From positions 92,630,001-92,694,000 of the forward strand of contig NC_087437.1 in assembly GCF_036321535.1 (NCBI RefSeq): a stretch of DNA of 64,000 nucleotides, read 5' to 3'. Shown one piece after another: positions 1 to 11,573 of the stretch. The DNA is from Camelus dromedarius. Taxonomy: Eukaryota. Numbering within the stretch: position 1 is the first letter of the stretch; every line of letters starts with the position of its first letter. The notes under the pieces are model-generated. The model saw only the letters and a program-made list of their open reading frames with translations, had not been told where the DNA came from and ran no database searches. The position numbers and the translations under genes are program-made.

Positions 1-228
1 AATAGAAATGACAAGAAAGCAGGAGTAGCAATACTGATTTCAGATAAAACAGACTTTAAAACAAAGGCCATTAATAAAGATAAAGAAGGACACTATATAA
101 TGATTAAAGGAGTGATACAAGATGAGGATATTATATGTATATCTATGTATGACTGAAGCATTGTGCTGTACACCAGAAATTGACACAACATTGTAAACTG
201 AACATACCGCAATAAAAAACAAAAAATT
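1..228 (+). mobile_element. L1 fragment: ORF2 endonuclease segment joined directly to a camelid-type L1 3' terminus and A-rich tail
   Basis: Frame 1 reads NRNDKKAGVAILISDKTDFKTKAINKDKEGHYIMIKGVIQDEDI (L1 EN). From ~133 it continues as tatgactgaagcattgtgctgtacaccagaaattgacacaacattgtaaactg, then AATAAA and an A-rich tail. Confidence 0.9.
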
Positions 229-362
229 TTTAAGTCATCTAATTATGGGCTTTAATCACATCTACAAAATACTTTCACAGCAAATCTTGATTAATACTTG
301 ATTAAATAGGTAAAGACTGGGCTGTAGCCTACTCAAGGTAACACATAAAACTGATCATCAGA
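229..362 (-). mobile_element. MLT2-type (ERVL) LTR, 5' part, interrupted by the L1
   Basis: Reverse complement reads tgatgatcagttttatgtgttaccttgagtaggctac...gctgtgaaagtattttgtagatgtgattaa, resembling the MLT2 5' end. Confidence 0.75.
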
Positions 363-467
363 ATCCTCTACCAGAAAATAAAAAGGTAAAAATGTTTACT
401 GATTCAGTTTTCTGCAATAATAGTTAAGACCAAAGCTAACTACTAAAAAAGAAGACCCAGTAACACG

Positions 468-918
468 CTGTGATATTTAATTTTATGTGTCAACTTGACT
501 GGGCCATGGGATGTCCAGATATTTCATTAAAGATTATCTTTGGTGGGTCTGTGAGGGTGTTCCTTGAAGAGATTAACATCTGAATTGGTTGACTGAGTAA
601 AGCAGATGGCCATCATCAACGTGAGTCCTGAGTAGAACAAAAAGTCAGAGTAAGGCTGAATTCACTCTCTGCCTGACTGTTGAGCTGAGACATTGGTCTT
701 CCCCTGCCTCAGTGCTCCTGCTTCTCAAATCTCCAGGTTCCTACTGGAACCTACCCAGCAGCTCTCCAGCTCTCAGGCCCTGGCACCACACAGCTACACC
801 ACCAACTTTCCTGGGTCTACAGCTCACAGATGGCAGATCATGGGATTTCTCAGCCTTCAAAATCATGAGGGCTAATTCATTATAATAATTATAATAATTC
901 TCTTTCCAGGTAAGTAGG

Positions 919-974
<56 letters not shown>

Positions 975-1017
975 CTCTCCTATTGGTTCTATTTTTCTGG
1001 AGAATCCTGAGTAATAC
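468..1017 (+). mobile_element. MLT2-type ERVL solo LTR
   Basis: Starts tgtgatatttaattttatgtgtcaacttgactgggc and ends tcctattggttctatttttctggagaatcctgagtaatac, both typical MLT2 termini. Confidence 0.88.
919..972. repeat. (TAGA)n tetranucleotide microsatellite, ~13 units
   Basis: Perfect tandem array seen inside the MLT2. Confidence 0.98.
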
Positions 1018-1136
1018 TGATCCCATACAGTATGAGTAAGCTAGATCCTTACCCAGAAATAGGAAATAGACATAAAGAAAAATAGTGAGAATGTAGCTAA
1101 AGGATGAAAAAACTCAAAACCTAAAGTATATTTACC

Positions 1137-1655
1137 AGTTGGGTGGTCAAGCCACTCAAGATGGTTATTCTCTTGTTCTTTCTACATCTCTGGCTCAGCC
1201 AGTCCCTACTTTACCTACACTCTATTTACATGAATGTGCATGCCCCCTGCCCCAGCTACTGATTGTTCTAATCCTTAAGCCAGAATGGTTCCACCTGGTT
1301 GTCAAAGGGAACCATCTGCCCTCGTGATGGTCGTCGTTAACCTGAGGGGCTGTGAGGGACGTGCCCCAGCTGCTGGTTTCCCTGATAACTAATGAGCCAA
1401 CCTAATGTCAATTTCTCCTATAAATGGTAGCCTCTTTCTCCTCTGAGTAGGAAAGATTGCTGCTGTGTTCTGCCTGCTGTACATGGGGTGGAGAGGTGGG
1501 GGTAGGGGGGGTCACTCCAGGACCTTTGGCTTCGGATGTGTAAGATCCCCTATCCAATAAAACATTGACATCTCTGTTGCTGTCTCCAGGCTTTTTCTTC
1601 AGTCTTGAGGCTGGGCAACTACAAGGCTCGCAGGTCTGCGGAGTACAGCTCAACA
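1137..1655 (+). mobile_element. ERV1-like solo LTR (5' boundary either 1137 or 1260)
   Basis: TATAAA at 1419-1424, AATAAA at 1556-1561, terminal CAACA at 1655, and retained CpGs. A TG at 1260 gives a 4-bp CTAC duplication (1256-1259, 1656-1659). Alternatively AGTTG at 1137 is a decayed TGTTG start. Confidence 0.7.
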
Positions 1656-2199
1656 CTACTATATTTGATAAAGCAAGGAAACAATATTTCAATATATTGG
1701 TGTGTTTTTGTTCCCCATGATTTTCATTTCCTTTAACTCCTTTTTGTACAATGGCTCTCCAAATGAGAAATTTGGAAGAAAAGAAATCCACTGGAGACAG
1801 TTTCCTCTTCTCTATTTCCCATATACCAAAGTTAGTTAAAATTTGTTTTAAGGATACTAAGGAACAGGGCAGAAGAGGGAGAGAGAAAGGAGAGAAAAAG
1901 ACAGTTAAGACCTTGGTAGGACCATGGCTAACACCCTAAACCCACTCCACTGAGTTCTTAGTCAAGAAAGGGAGAAATGATAGTTTGGAGGATCTGAAAG
2001 TAGAAAGACCTGTATTTCCCACTTCATCAGATTTATTCACACACACAAATCCATAATTTTTCTGTGTCTGACATGGGAGGGACCAGGAGAAACACCAAGT
2101 AACAGGACTGAGACGACCCCATAGCCTGCTGCAGAGGAGCACAGCTTTCTCAGTGAAGAGATTTCATTTGGTTAGGTAAATTAATGATGTTTACAAGAA

Positions 2200-3230
2200 A
2201 TGGCTTTGCCTTGTGGACGTCTTTGTCGTGTGTTGCCCTGCATCTAATTTAACCTCAAAATCTGTGAGATCAGTGTCCCTGCTACCAGCAGTTCCCATAA
2301 AACATCTATAACTGATGTCCTCACCACTCTACTCTGTAACTAAAAAAACAATGTGTTCACCATAGACTATCCTAATGTATCTAAGTTAGATCCTGGGACT
2401 TCTCATTAGATGCCCTAATCACTCCATCCTGTATTTCATGTTTTCAACCTTACAAAATGGCTATATTATGATATTGCAGTAAGGTAAATTTCATGCCAGA
2501 TTTTTGTTCCAGAGAAAGCAACCTGTGCAAGAACTCTCAGCTTGCATGTGCTGACAGTGAGATGCAGGTCTCAGAGTCACAAAGGCCTGACAACACATGG
2601 GCCTTGGAGTTTGAACCATAATTGGATGACATGTTGCTGCCATACCTTACCTGTTCATTTTCGAGCTGATGCACTGACTTAACAAGAACTGTTATATCCT
2701 GGTCCAAGTTTGCATTACTAGGAACTCCCTACCAAAGAAACCCAACCTTGTTGAAATCTCAGTTCCTCACCATTAATGGCTGACTTCGATTGCCTGTGGG
2801 GTTGCAGCTGATGTGTAACCTTGGCCTCACTCAAGCATACTGTTAGTCCATAGCCCTAAGTGCAGAAATAATTGACAACCCGCTCCATCTCCTTCTGTAG
2901 AAGCCTGCAGGGCACAGTCATCCACATTAAACAACTGCTAGGTGACTGCTTCAAATATTGCAGGCTGCTACTGAATCCTGCTCAAGGGCAAGAACTTTCT
3001 GGAGGAGGAAAAAGAAATCTTTATACCACTGTTCAAGTTTCTGGTTGCATCACTGATTGGAACTACAGACAGATGGGGTATTCTAAAATCGGAAGGCAAA
3101 CCTGTCTAAATCCATTGGACACAGACAGGAGAGAAAGCGGGGTACGCAGGTTCCATCCTACACGTGTTGAACAGCCTTTCATCCATGCAGGGGTAGATAG
3201 ATGGTGTGCTTTCCTTTCAAATGAATTCAT
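2200..3230 (-). mobile_element. Decayed RTE-clade non-LTR retrotransposon RT region (L4/MamRTE-like)
   Basis: Minus-strand translation across frameshifts gives SVSNGFRQ...DATRNLNSGIKISFSSSRKFLPLSRIQ*QPAIFEAVT*QLFNVDDCALQASTE...GYGLTVCLSEAKVTHQ...INGEEL...VWQQH...SETC...IVYGE, colinear with RTE ORF motifs. Confidence 0.78.
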
Positions 3231-4178
3231 ATATAAAGGGAACCAGATGATAGACTGAAATTGACCTTTTCAATGTGAATAACTTAAACATTTTCCCTTT
3301 TCAAGTTTTCTCAAAATGGTAAAAATATTTTGCCAGGGATATAGTACTCTTTTATTTATCACTGGTTATCTATTAGGATATAACAAACCACCCCAACACT
3401 TATCTGATAAAACAGATTTATCAGTGAAGATAAACCTTCCCAGAAGCCTCAAGTGAACATCCCCTTAGATTTCACAGCCCAAAACTAGGACCAACACCCA
3501 CCCTGAACCAGGGCCAGACTCCATTTTTACTCAAGTCAAGAGGTCTCTAGTTAATGCAATATCTTAAAGAAGATTTTATTATCAATAAAAAATGAGAGAC
3601 TGTCTTTTATAGGCACAAAACAGAATCTATACAATGAGTTTTCTGCATAATTGTATTAGAGAATGACACTTTGTCACTTTGCAATGAAGGCAGTGGTCTT
3701 CTGTGTAAGACCCTAAATAACCTACTTTCACCTGTGCTTGTGCTGTCTCTGCATGGTTGGCGCTTCCTCTTGATTTTACTAAGCTGCAAGTTGCCAACTT
3801 TCCTTTACAGGAGGCATTTACTTGGCAGACTTCTGAAACCTACTTACATATAATTTCTGAGAGGGCTTTGATTAACTTTCCCCCATGGCAGGTGCCAGCT
3901 GGAAAATGAAGGCACTAATACCATACCCATAGCACTCCAGGCTGGCAGATCTTGGGCCTCTGTGTCCTTAGGAATTCTACTGCTGCTGGCCCCTCCCCCT
4001 AAAACACAAAACTGGGATCCAAAGTTCCCTGGCTTGTGTAGACCCTGTCAGAAAGGCTCTCACATGGTATAATTACCACTGGCCAGCACAATCACACACA
4101 CTTAAATTACAGAGTCATGTGATTTCTATCCAAGGCCAGTTCTCCCATCTGTGAGTTAGTTCCCATGAGACAATCAAG

Positions 4179-4216
4179 GCAAAATTGTTAGCAAAATTGT
4201 CAGCAAAATTGTCAGC
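4179..4216. repeat. 3 x 12-bp tandem repeat (GCAAAATTGTCA)
   Basis: Sequence reads gcaaaattgtta gcaaaattgtca gcaaaattgtca gc. Confidence 0.9.
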
Positions 4217-4520
4217 CAGGGTTTTCAAACCCCCCACTATTTTAGGGTTCCTGGATAATCACTGTTATCCTTCTCAGTGAGTTTCATATTAAAAGAACAT
4301 TATATCTCTACCTTTCTCTGTTGGCTTGAATTAGAATGCGGAAAGTATTGAAGTGCCCTACTTACTCATTTTTTCACCCAACAATCATGTCCTGACCATC
4401 AACTATGTGCAGAGACCTTGCTCAGCATCCAGATACACAGGTTCCCCTGAAAGAGTAGGTAATCAAATCTGGTCTAAAGAATGTAAAAAACTCTTTAAGA
4501 AAGACAAGTGTCAGTTTAAA

Positions 4521-4576
4521 ACACACACACACACACACATACACACACACACACACACACACCACACACACACACA
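4521..4576. repeat. Interrupted (CA)n microsatellite
   Basis: Seen directly. Confidence 0.97.
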
Positions 4577-5345
4577 TAAAATCAAGGTATATAGTCAATG
4601 CAGAAATTTGAGAATGTTAAGTAAGTGCTTATATGAGGATTAAATGGCCAGGAAATATCAAGGTCCTTTGGTGATGGACCATTTAAATGGATAGAAGGCA
4701 AAAGATTTTAATGCAGCACACAGGTTCTTTATGAGTTGAAAGAAAAATTGAACCCAGAATTTGTATTCAAAAATGCTACTAAAACTAGTAAAGGTCAACA
4801 AAATGAGAGATGATTAGATAAAAAAGGAAAATTTAAAAGATCGACATCTACATGTTAGGAATTAATGGAATAAATGAAGTCATTTTAAAATAATTAATGG
4901 ATAAAAGCAAGAGAAAAAAAATACCTAGGTATGGGTATTTTAACAAGAATATTAAATTAAATTTGAACCAAGTAGATTGCACTTTGCACTTTAGGAAACA
5001 TGTTTATATTGGTAAAAACTAGCTTACAGAAAATGCTGAAAAGTCCATAAACTGTTTGTCAGAAAATTGATCAGTTGGTAGGGGGAAGGGACTTTCATTG
5101 TCAAAAGTTTAAACTCTTTATATTGATCTTAGTTTCCACCTTTTCTCCCTCTTATTTCTGATCCTAACAGCCATGAGCTTATTTACGTAAAACTTAAAGT
5201 AGTGTACTTGATTTTGTACAGATTTTAAGAAGGCAGACATTTGACAGTAGTTAATAAAGCCAAACTCCTACCCTAGAGATATTCTCTAATTTTGGATTGC
5301 CCAGCCCCAAGCATCTGCATCTTTGCTTTAGTTGGGGGTCTGATA

Positions 5346-5390
5346 GACCAGGAAGCTGACAGAATCTGTTGACCAGGAAGCTGACAGAAT
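5346..5390. repeat. Tandem duplication of GACCAGGAAGCTGACAGAAT (25-bp period)
   Basis: Identical 20-mers at 5346-5365 and 5371-5390. Confidence 0.9.
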
Positions 5391-6885
5391 GCTAAATATG
5401 CAGAAAGAGCACACTTCATTTTTTTCCCTTTTAAGTTGTACCTCGCTTGCTTACTCCCCAGGTCTCTTCTCTGCCACCATGTGTAGCAGAAGAGGCTGAT
5501 AATTAATGTCTGCAACCCTCTAGACATGATGCTGCCCTAGATACCCCAAGGCAACTGCATGTGTGCTTTGCAAAGTTAGCAACCATCCTGAGCAGCCTAA
5601 GAAGAAAACGCAGAATGAGGGGCTGCCTTCAAACACAGCAGGGACCATCTAGCCTCAAGATCTCCACAGATGTCACTTGGTCAGTAGTGACTGATTATGT
5701 TCCAGGACTGCAGCAGCCATCCTGAATGGACTGCAGGTGTTTCTACTTTGGTGACAGGAAGGGAACAAAATGGTGGAACACACTGAACACTGAGAATGCA
5801 TTATCATTACTAAATTGGCATTTTTAACGGTAAATACATAATCTCCAATGTCAAAAATCCTGGATAATAACTCTAACTGCCTATGCTTTATCTTTAAACA
5901 ATATACATAATTCAATAACTCAGTTTAGGCTAAATCATGTCATAGAAGAAATTATTTGGGTTCACAAATAAAAGAGAATTTTACAAAGACATGAATGACA
6001 TGCAGCTAAGTACGTTAAAAAAAAATTGCTTCCATGAATTCTGTTATCAATCTATCCAAAAAATTTGAAAGCAATTTAACCATTTGGTATATAGATGTAT
6101 GTAGAATTTTAAACTTCCCTTAAAGCAGCATTTGTAGTTTATATGGCTTATAAAAGAACCTGACAAATGTTATATGTGAGTATTAACAGCTGTTCCTGGA
6201 GAAGACAGCAGCCGGAAGGCAAAACAAAAGTTTTCAATGACTAAAGAATTCAAAGAATTGTTCATTTATAATAAAGTATCACAATTGGTTTTGCTGATTT
6301 GTGTGTTTGGTCAAACTATAAGAAAATCTGTTTCCTTTAGGTACTAAATTGTTAAGATGTTAAAACTCATAGAGTAATCGTTTATGTGATTATTTGGTAG
6401 TTTTAACTTAAATACAAAAAAATGATAGTAGGTAAAGAGCAAAATTAAATTTTTGAAAACATCATTTACCGGAACAATTTGCAAATATTAGAACTGACCA
6501 GAAAAAAATATGAATTAAAAATATTTTAAAATAATTCTTGATACATTGTAAAGAAAATAATTTAAATATGCAGCTATGCTCTCAAAAACTAATTAGCTGA
6601 TGCTTCCTGTGGGCACAAATGTGACTATTAGTAGCAAATCATAACCTGAAAATTGAGAGATAAATGTTCTTTCCCAGCAAATAAAAATCGTAAGTGTCTA
6701 GTTAAATGAACCCTGACCTGGTATCCATGATACGTCATTTCTACTTCTGGCATGTCTAACCATTTAGTGATTCAGGAAAAATCAATTAACTTTCTATAAC
6801 TTAGTTTCTTCATCAGTTTTTTTAAAAAAGGAAGATGGATTAGATAGATAGTCTCTTATCATATCCAGTCACTATAGCAAGGACT

Positions 6886-7020
6886 TTCCTCTTAATAGTC
6901 ACAACAAATCTATCAGGTGGGTACTATTTCTATCCTCAGTATACAAGTGAGGAAATTAAGGCTTAGAAAATTTCAATCAATTGCTCAAGATAGCAAAATT
7001 CAGTCACACAGTTGAAATGA
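6886..7020 (-). mobile_element. MIR SINE fragment
   Basis: cacaacaaatctatcaggtgggtactatt...gtgaggaaattaaggcttaga is the antisense MIR core. Confidence 0.7.
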
Positions 7021-7283
7021 GCTTTTAGTTCCCTTTCACCGCTACCATTAAAATTGAAGAATAGCTGAAGAATAGCACAAAACACTGAATTTAAATACTT
7101 GAATTGAATTACATTTTGAAATTTGAACTCAAATACTATTTGAATTAAGATGGCATTATTTAATCCCCATGTATACATACACTGTTTCCACAGTAAAGTA
7201 CAGTTTTCAGAATCTGTGCATGGTTCCCAAAATTTCCAAGACAGACATATATATATGTATATATTTATTTATATATATTTAAT

Positions 7284-7562
7284 AGAAGATTCCTCAAAAA
7301 ACTAAATAATAGACTTACCATACAATCCAGCAATCCCAATTCTGGGCATATATCTGGAGGGAACTCTAATTTGAAAAGGTACATGCACCCCAATGTTCAT
7401 AGCAGCACCATATACAATAGCCAAGACATGGAAGCAACCTAAATGTCCACCTACAGATGATTGGATAAAGAAGCTGTGGTATTTTTATACAATGGAATAC
7501 TACTCAGCCATTAAAAAGAATAAAATAATGCCATTTGCTGCATTTGATGGACCTAGAGATCG
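7284..7562 (+). mobile_element. L1 ORF2 C-terminal fragment (camelid type, no 3' tail)
   Basis: aatccagcaatcccaattctgggcatatatc...aatgttcatagcagcac...aatggaatactactcagcc...gatggacctagagat. Confidence 0.9.
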
Positions 7563-8824
7563 ATAGACCATATTATCCCAAATTGGTGCATGTTAGAGCT
7601 ATGCCCACCCCCAACCATGAACTGATTTTCTGTCTTCTAGTTTTCAGTCAAAGTAACTTTAAGTATCATTATTTAGTTAAAATCTAGCCTCCACTACAAA
7701 GTACCCAGAGATCACCAAGATAGGGGGTTCCAAAACTGTATCTCACTTTGATGACCCAAGAACATAAGAAGATAAAAACAATACCATTATTTGCAGAGTC
7801 AAAGAGGTAGATTTAGAAGCAATAGGAAGTGTTTGGGATGAGAAGGCAAGAGTAAGGGAGAAAGAGGGAAAAAACCTGTATATACCGGAGGTGGTTTTCT
7901 GCCAAGAATTCTCAAGCACTTTAAAGAAACTAAGGTTCGGAGCAGCCCTAGCAAAGTGCAGATGAGTGGACAAGATAAGGACAATTCCCAGAGTCCCAAC
8001 AAAAACCAGTGACAGACCTGGACTTTCAGGTTCTTGTCCAATACTAGCTGCAATTCCTTCATTCTTTCATAAAGTGCTGTATGTGATGTTCTCACCAAAG
8101 AACAATTCCTGTTATTTAGTTTTGGCTTTACTTTCACTTCTAGGCAGCAGGAACAGGAATGCTTGAAAATGCTACCAATACAAATGATATTTTTAATATA
8201 AGAAAACAAGAGAATCTAGTTTTCTGAACATTTGGTATGCAATATTCTATATATTATTGTTTCACTGTCAGGTTTTTTCTCATGAAAGATTCAAATATGT
8301 TATGGGAATGGTAATGATACATAATACATATTTAAGTGTTTAATAATTTACATTTTGTTAATTATTTTGACTGATTTGGGGTAAAGATTGTTACAACACA
8401 TAAGCAGACCATCTGTTGCTGTTAGAATTATTAATAAATACTCCCTGAATTAAGTATTTTAATTAAAAATAAAATGCTGAATTCATTAAGGCCCATCTTA
8501 AGTGGCATGCTCCAAAAGGAATTAATAGTGTATCCAGCTGCCAATCTCTAAATAGTTTGAAAATATTACAAACTTTTATTCATGAGAAACTACACCGATT
8601 TGGATGATTAGGGAACAATCTGTTGAGTCCTCTAATGCCTTCTGCTGTGTGGGAGCCAAGAGTAGATGAATCAATGAAAATCACACCCTCTATTCTATAC
8701 ACTGTTCCAGAAATTTACAAAGGAGACAGACTAGAGCAAATGCTTTCTTCTTAACTTTATCTTTTTAGTTTTTATCTTGGGAAGAGGAGCGATAGTCACT
8801 CATCATTTGACAAACTTACTTAAG

Positions 8825-9085
8825 GATAGCATTCTGTTAAAGCAGGTGTCTGGAGTCAGATGACCTAGGTTTATATCCTATTTCCCTGTTTTCTAGCTGT
8901 GTGACCCTGAGAAATTGACTCAACCTTTCTGTGCCTTAATGGCCTTATCAGTAAAATGAGGATAATAGTGGCATTATCTTCATATGGGTCTTATGAGAAT
9001 TAAAAGTTAATTGATACAGAAAATCTGGAAGAGTGCTTAATATAGAGTAAGTGTTTAATTAATGATGACTAAGAATTATTACTTC
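8825..9085 (+). mobile_element. Near full-length MIR
   Basis: tctggagtcagatgacctaggtt...ctagctgtgtgaccctgagaaattgactcaacctttctgtgcct...gtaaaatgaggataatagt...agtaagtgtttaattaatg. Confidence 0.85.
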
Positions 9086-9939
9086 AGTTTTGCTGTCAAT
9101 ACTAAAACACACCTCTGTGAATTTCTTTGAAGATTGCCTTCAAAAGATGTCACCTTCTTTCACATTTTCTCAAGGATGTTACATCTTCCATTTTTGAAAC
9201 TGGAATGGATTTTTCCTTTGAAACTCAATGTTGATTGGCAACCCAATATTCCTGGAGTTCCTGGAAACTTCAATGTTGACAAGGCAATGAAAGAGGGAAC
9301 TAAGGAAACTTGGTAATTTTTCATCAAAATGGAAACACAATAAGTAAGGAAGTATTTGTGTACCGTTTCTAACTTTCAAAGAAAACAGGCTACACACATG
9401 CATGAGTACCAATCCCCCTTCCAATATAAGTTCCACAGATGGAGTGAGGGAGCAAATGATAAGGAAAAGCTGGATAAGGGAAGGAAGAGTGAGAAATCAA
9501 GAAAAGAATAAACAAAAAGGAGACTCAAAAAGATTGTTGAATAGAAATCTGAATACAATTTTTAAAAGAGAAAAAAAAGAATTTTACTTTCTCTTATGTT
9601 AGTACTTTTGCCACAAAAATCAGGGACTGAAAGTTTAAGTCGTGCCCTTGACAGTGCCGTAAACACGTATGGACTCTGACCTGCCACACGCTTTAGCAGG
9701 TCCCTGCTCATGGTTATAAGACTTCCCTAGAACATGGGGCTCATTTTTCATTCTTCTCACTCACTTGCCTAGAAACAACCAGGTTTCAGAGAGCAACTGA
9801 ACTTGAGCTACTCAAGCACCATCTTGAGGCCACACAATTTCTGTCACCAGAACTCCCTGAAGTACAGGGGGCTGTGGTGAGAACTGGAGAGGTCCTCCCT
9901 GAATGAAATGCTAACCTACTCTGTTGTATTATCAAGCCC

Positions 9940-10135
9940 TTAAACTGCACAAGGCACATTCTCTCATACCAACTGATTAGACCATCAAAAGCAATTCTTA
10001 AAATTGCTATTGTATCCCAGTTTTATAGATTAGAAAACTGAGCCTCAAGAAGAGTAAGTGGCTTTCTTCAGGTCACAGGACCAGGAAGTGCAAGAGTCAA
10101 GAGTCAACCTGGAGTTCAAAGCAAACTGCTTTTTA
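9940..10135 (-). mobile_element. MIR fragment
   Basis: tatcccagttttatagattagaaaactgagcctcaag...caggtcacag is the antisense core. Confidence 0.7.
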
Positions 10136-10213
10136 TGATCAACCCCAGCGGTTTTCAAACTGAGATGTAGACTCATCTGGTTCAATTCTGGAATCTTAGT
10201 TCAAACTAAGACT

Positions 10214-10370
10214 TTGACAATGTGTTACAGTGGAGACAAGATCCTTTCTTTGGCTTATGTGTGATCAACTGGACCTCCCTCCCACAAAGCACAAAAATTA
10301 ATTCCAGATAGTGTACAGATCTGTTTGGAAAGTATACAATAAAGTATTCAGAGGAAAATATCTTCAAAGT
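10214..10370 (+). repeat. Local copy of the old L1 segment at 12418-12584
   Basis: Both copies share tcaactggacctccctcccacaaagca.aaaaattaatt.cagatagtgtacagatct. Confidence 0.85.
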
Positions 10371-10645
10371 AAGACTTCTTTTTTAAATAAAAGCATTTTA
10401 CTGTTAAGAATTTTGTTTTTCAAAATTAATCAGGATATCCCTTCATTACAAAGAGTTCCTAAGTCCTTATCTTTAAGTGCTATGTATCTGTATGTGTCTA
10501 GTTTATTCTCTATTATCAACTATTCATGTTTAAAATTCTATACAATAATCCTGATTCAGATCTATCTGTATGTCCTATGATATGCACCCTGTACTGACCT
10601 GATCCGATTACAGAACAGCCACCAGCACAGAGATCGATCCTAGAT

Positions 10646-10883
10646 CAAGGCTGCTCAAAGTATGATCAGAGAACTATTCCTGAGTCTGAGGTAAGAAGCT
10701 GGTGCTGGAATGTAAATCAACACATCGCTTCCTTCACATACACAAAGTCTTGTTAGGAGAAGAAAACAAAAACAAAAGTTAGCTGAAATGAACAGTGTGC
10801 TTCATTGGTTTACATTCTAGGACAGCTGTTTATGTTGTCTCCATCCAGAAACAATTTCTCCACAGGCACTTTGAGTAGCTCTG
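10646..10883. mobile_element. hAT-Charlie family MITE
   Basis: TIRs caaggctgctcaaagt and actttgagtagctctg. 8-bp TSD tcctagat/ttttagat fits the Charlie NTCTAGAN target preference. Confidence 0.8.
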
Positions 10884-10939
10884 TTTTAGATTCCAGAATC
10901 TCTTTGGCCTTGGAAATTTGCTTCCCACCCCTACAGTTA

Positions 10940-11260
10940 CGTCCAGACCGTTCTCAACTGTTGACAACACTGGCCAGTCCTTCTCTATCTCTTCCATCTG
11001 CTCTATGGCCTGACCTCTAAATACTGAAGTTTTCTAAGACCCAATCCTTGGGCTGCATCAATTCTTGCTTTCTCTGTTCATCTTGGATGAATTTTCTGTA
11101 TCCATGACTTCACAAAGCTTTTCTATACTTCTCTTTTATCTCTGACCCTGACTTCTCTTCTGAGCTTCAGATTCTTTCATTGTAATTGCTCATTAACCAT
11201 CTCTGTCAGATTTTAGTGCAGGTACCTCGAATTTAATATTTCTAATGAAAAAAATTCTGC
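10940..11260 (+). mobile_element. L2 fragment
   Basis: gacctctaaatactgaag...atccatgacttc...ccctgacttctcttctgagcttcagatt resembles L2 ORF2. Confidence 0.65.
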
Positions 11261-11442
11261 CTCCATCGTCCCTCTTCAACTATATTAGTGAAGACTTTGT
11301 ATTGTTAAAATAGCAAAAAGGAGAAAAATGGCAATTTAAGAAGAAAGAAGAGAAGAGAAATGGGAAGGGAAGAGAGGAGAAAATGTTGCAGCTGTGCTTC
11401 AGAAAACTCCAAGGATTCATCACTTTTAGAAATGACTGCCTT

Positions 11443-11573
11443 GAGGAGAGAGTATAGCTCAGTGGTAGAGTGCATGCATGGTATGCACAAGGTCCTGGGT
11501 TCAATCCTCAGCCCCTCCATTAAAAGAAATAAATAAAAATAAGCCTAATTACCTCCCCCTCAAAAATAAAAAA
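11443..11573 (+). mobile_element. tRNA-derived camelid SINE (Vic-1-type)
   Basis: A box tagctcagtgg, B box ggttcaatcc, tail aaataaa...cctaattacctcccc plus poly-A. 15-bp TSD AGAAATGACTGCCTT/AGAAATGATTGCCTT at 11428-11442 and 11574-11588. Confidence 0.9.

Noticed and set aside
2200..3230. BovB horizontal transfer into a camelid
   Set aside because: The catalytic region (VDDCAL with the GIKI...LSRI insert) does not match BovB LRYADDTTL, and the heavy decay indicates a much older RTE.
9621..9706. 86-bp segment bounded by CAGGGAC/GTCCCTG
   Set aside because: The inverted repeat is only 7 bp and has no TSD, too little to call a MITE.
11443..11520. Possible tRNA gene (also 47376-47450)
   Set aside because: An AT-rich SINE tail, poly-A and TSD show a tRNA-derived SINE, and the acceptor stem is degenerate.
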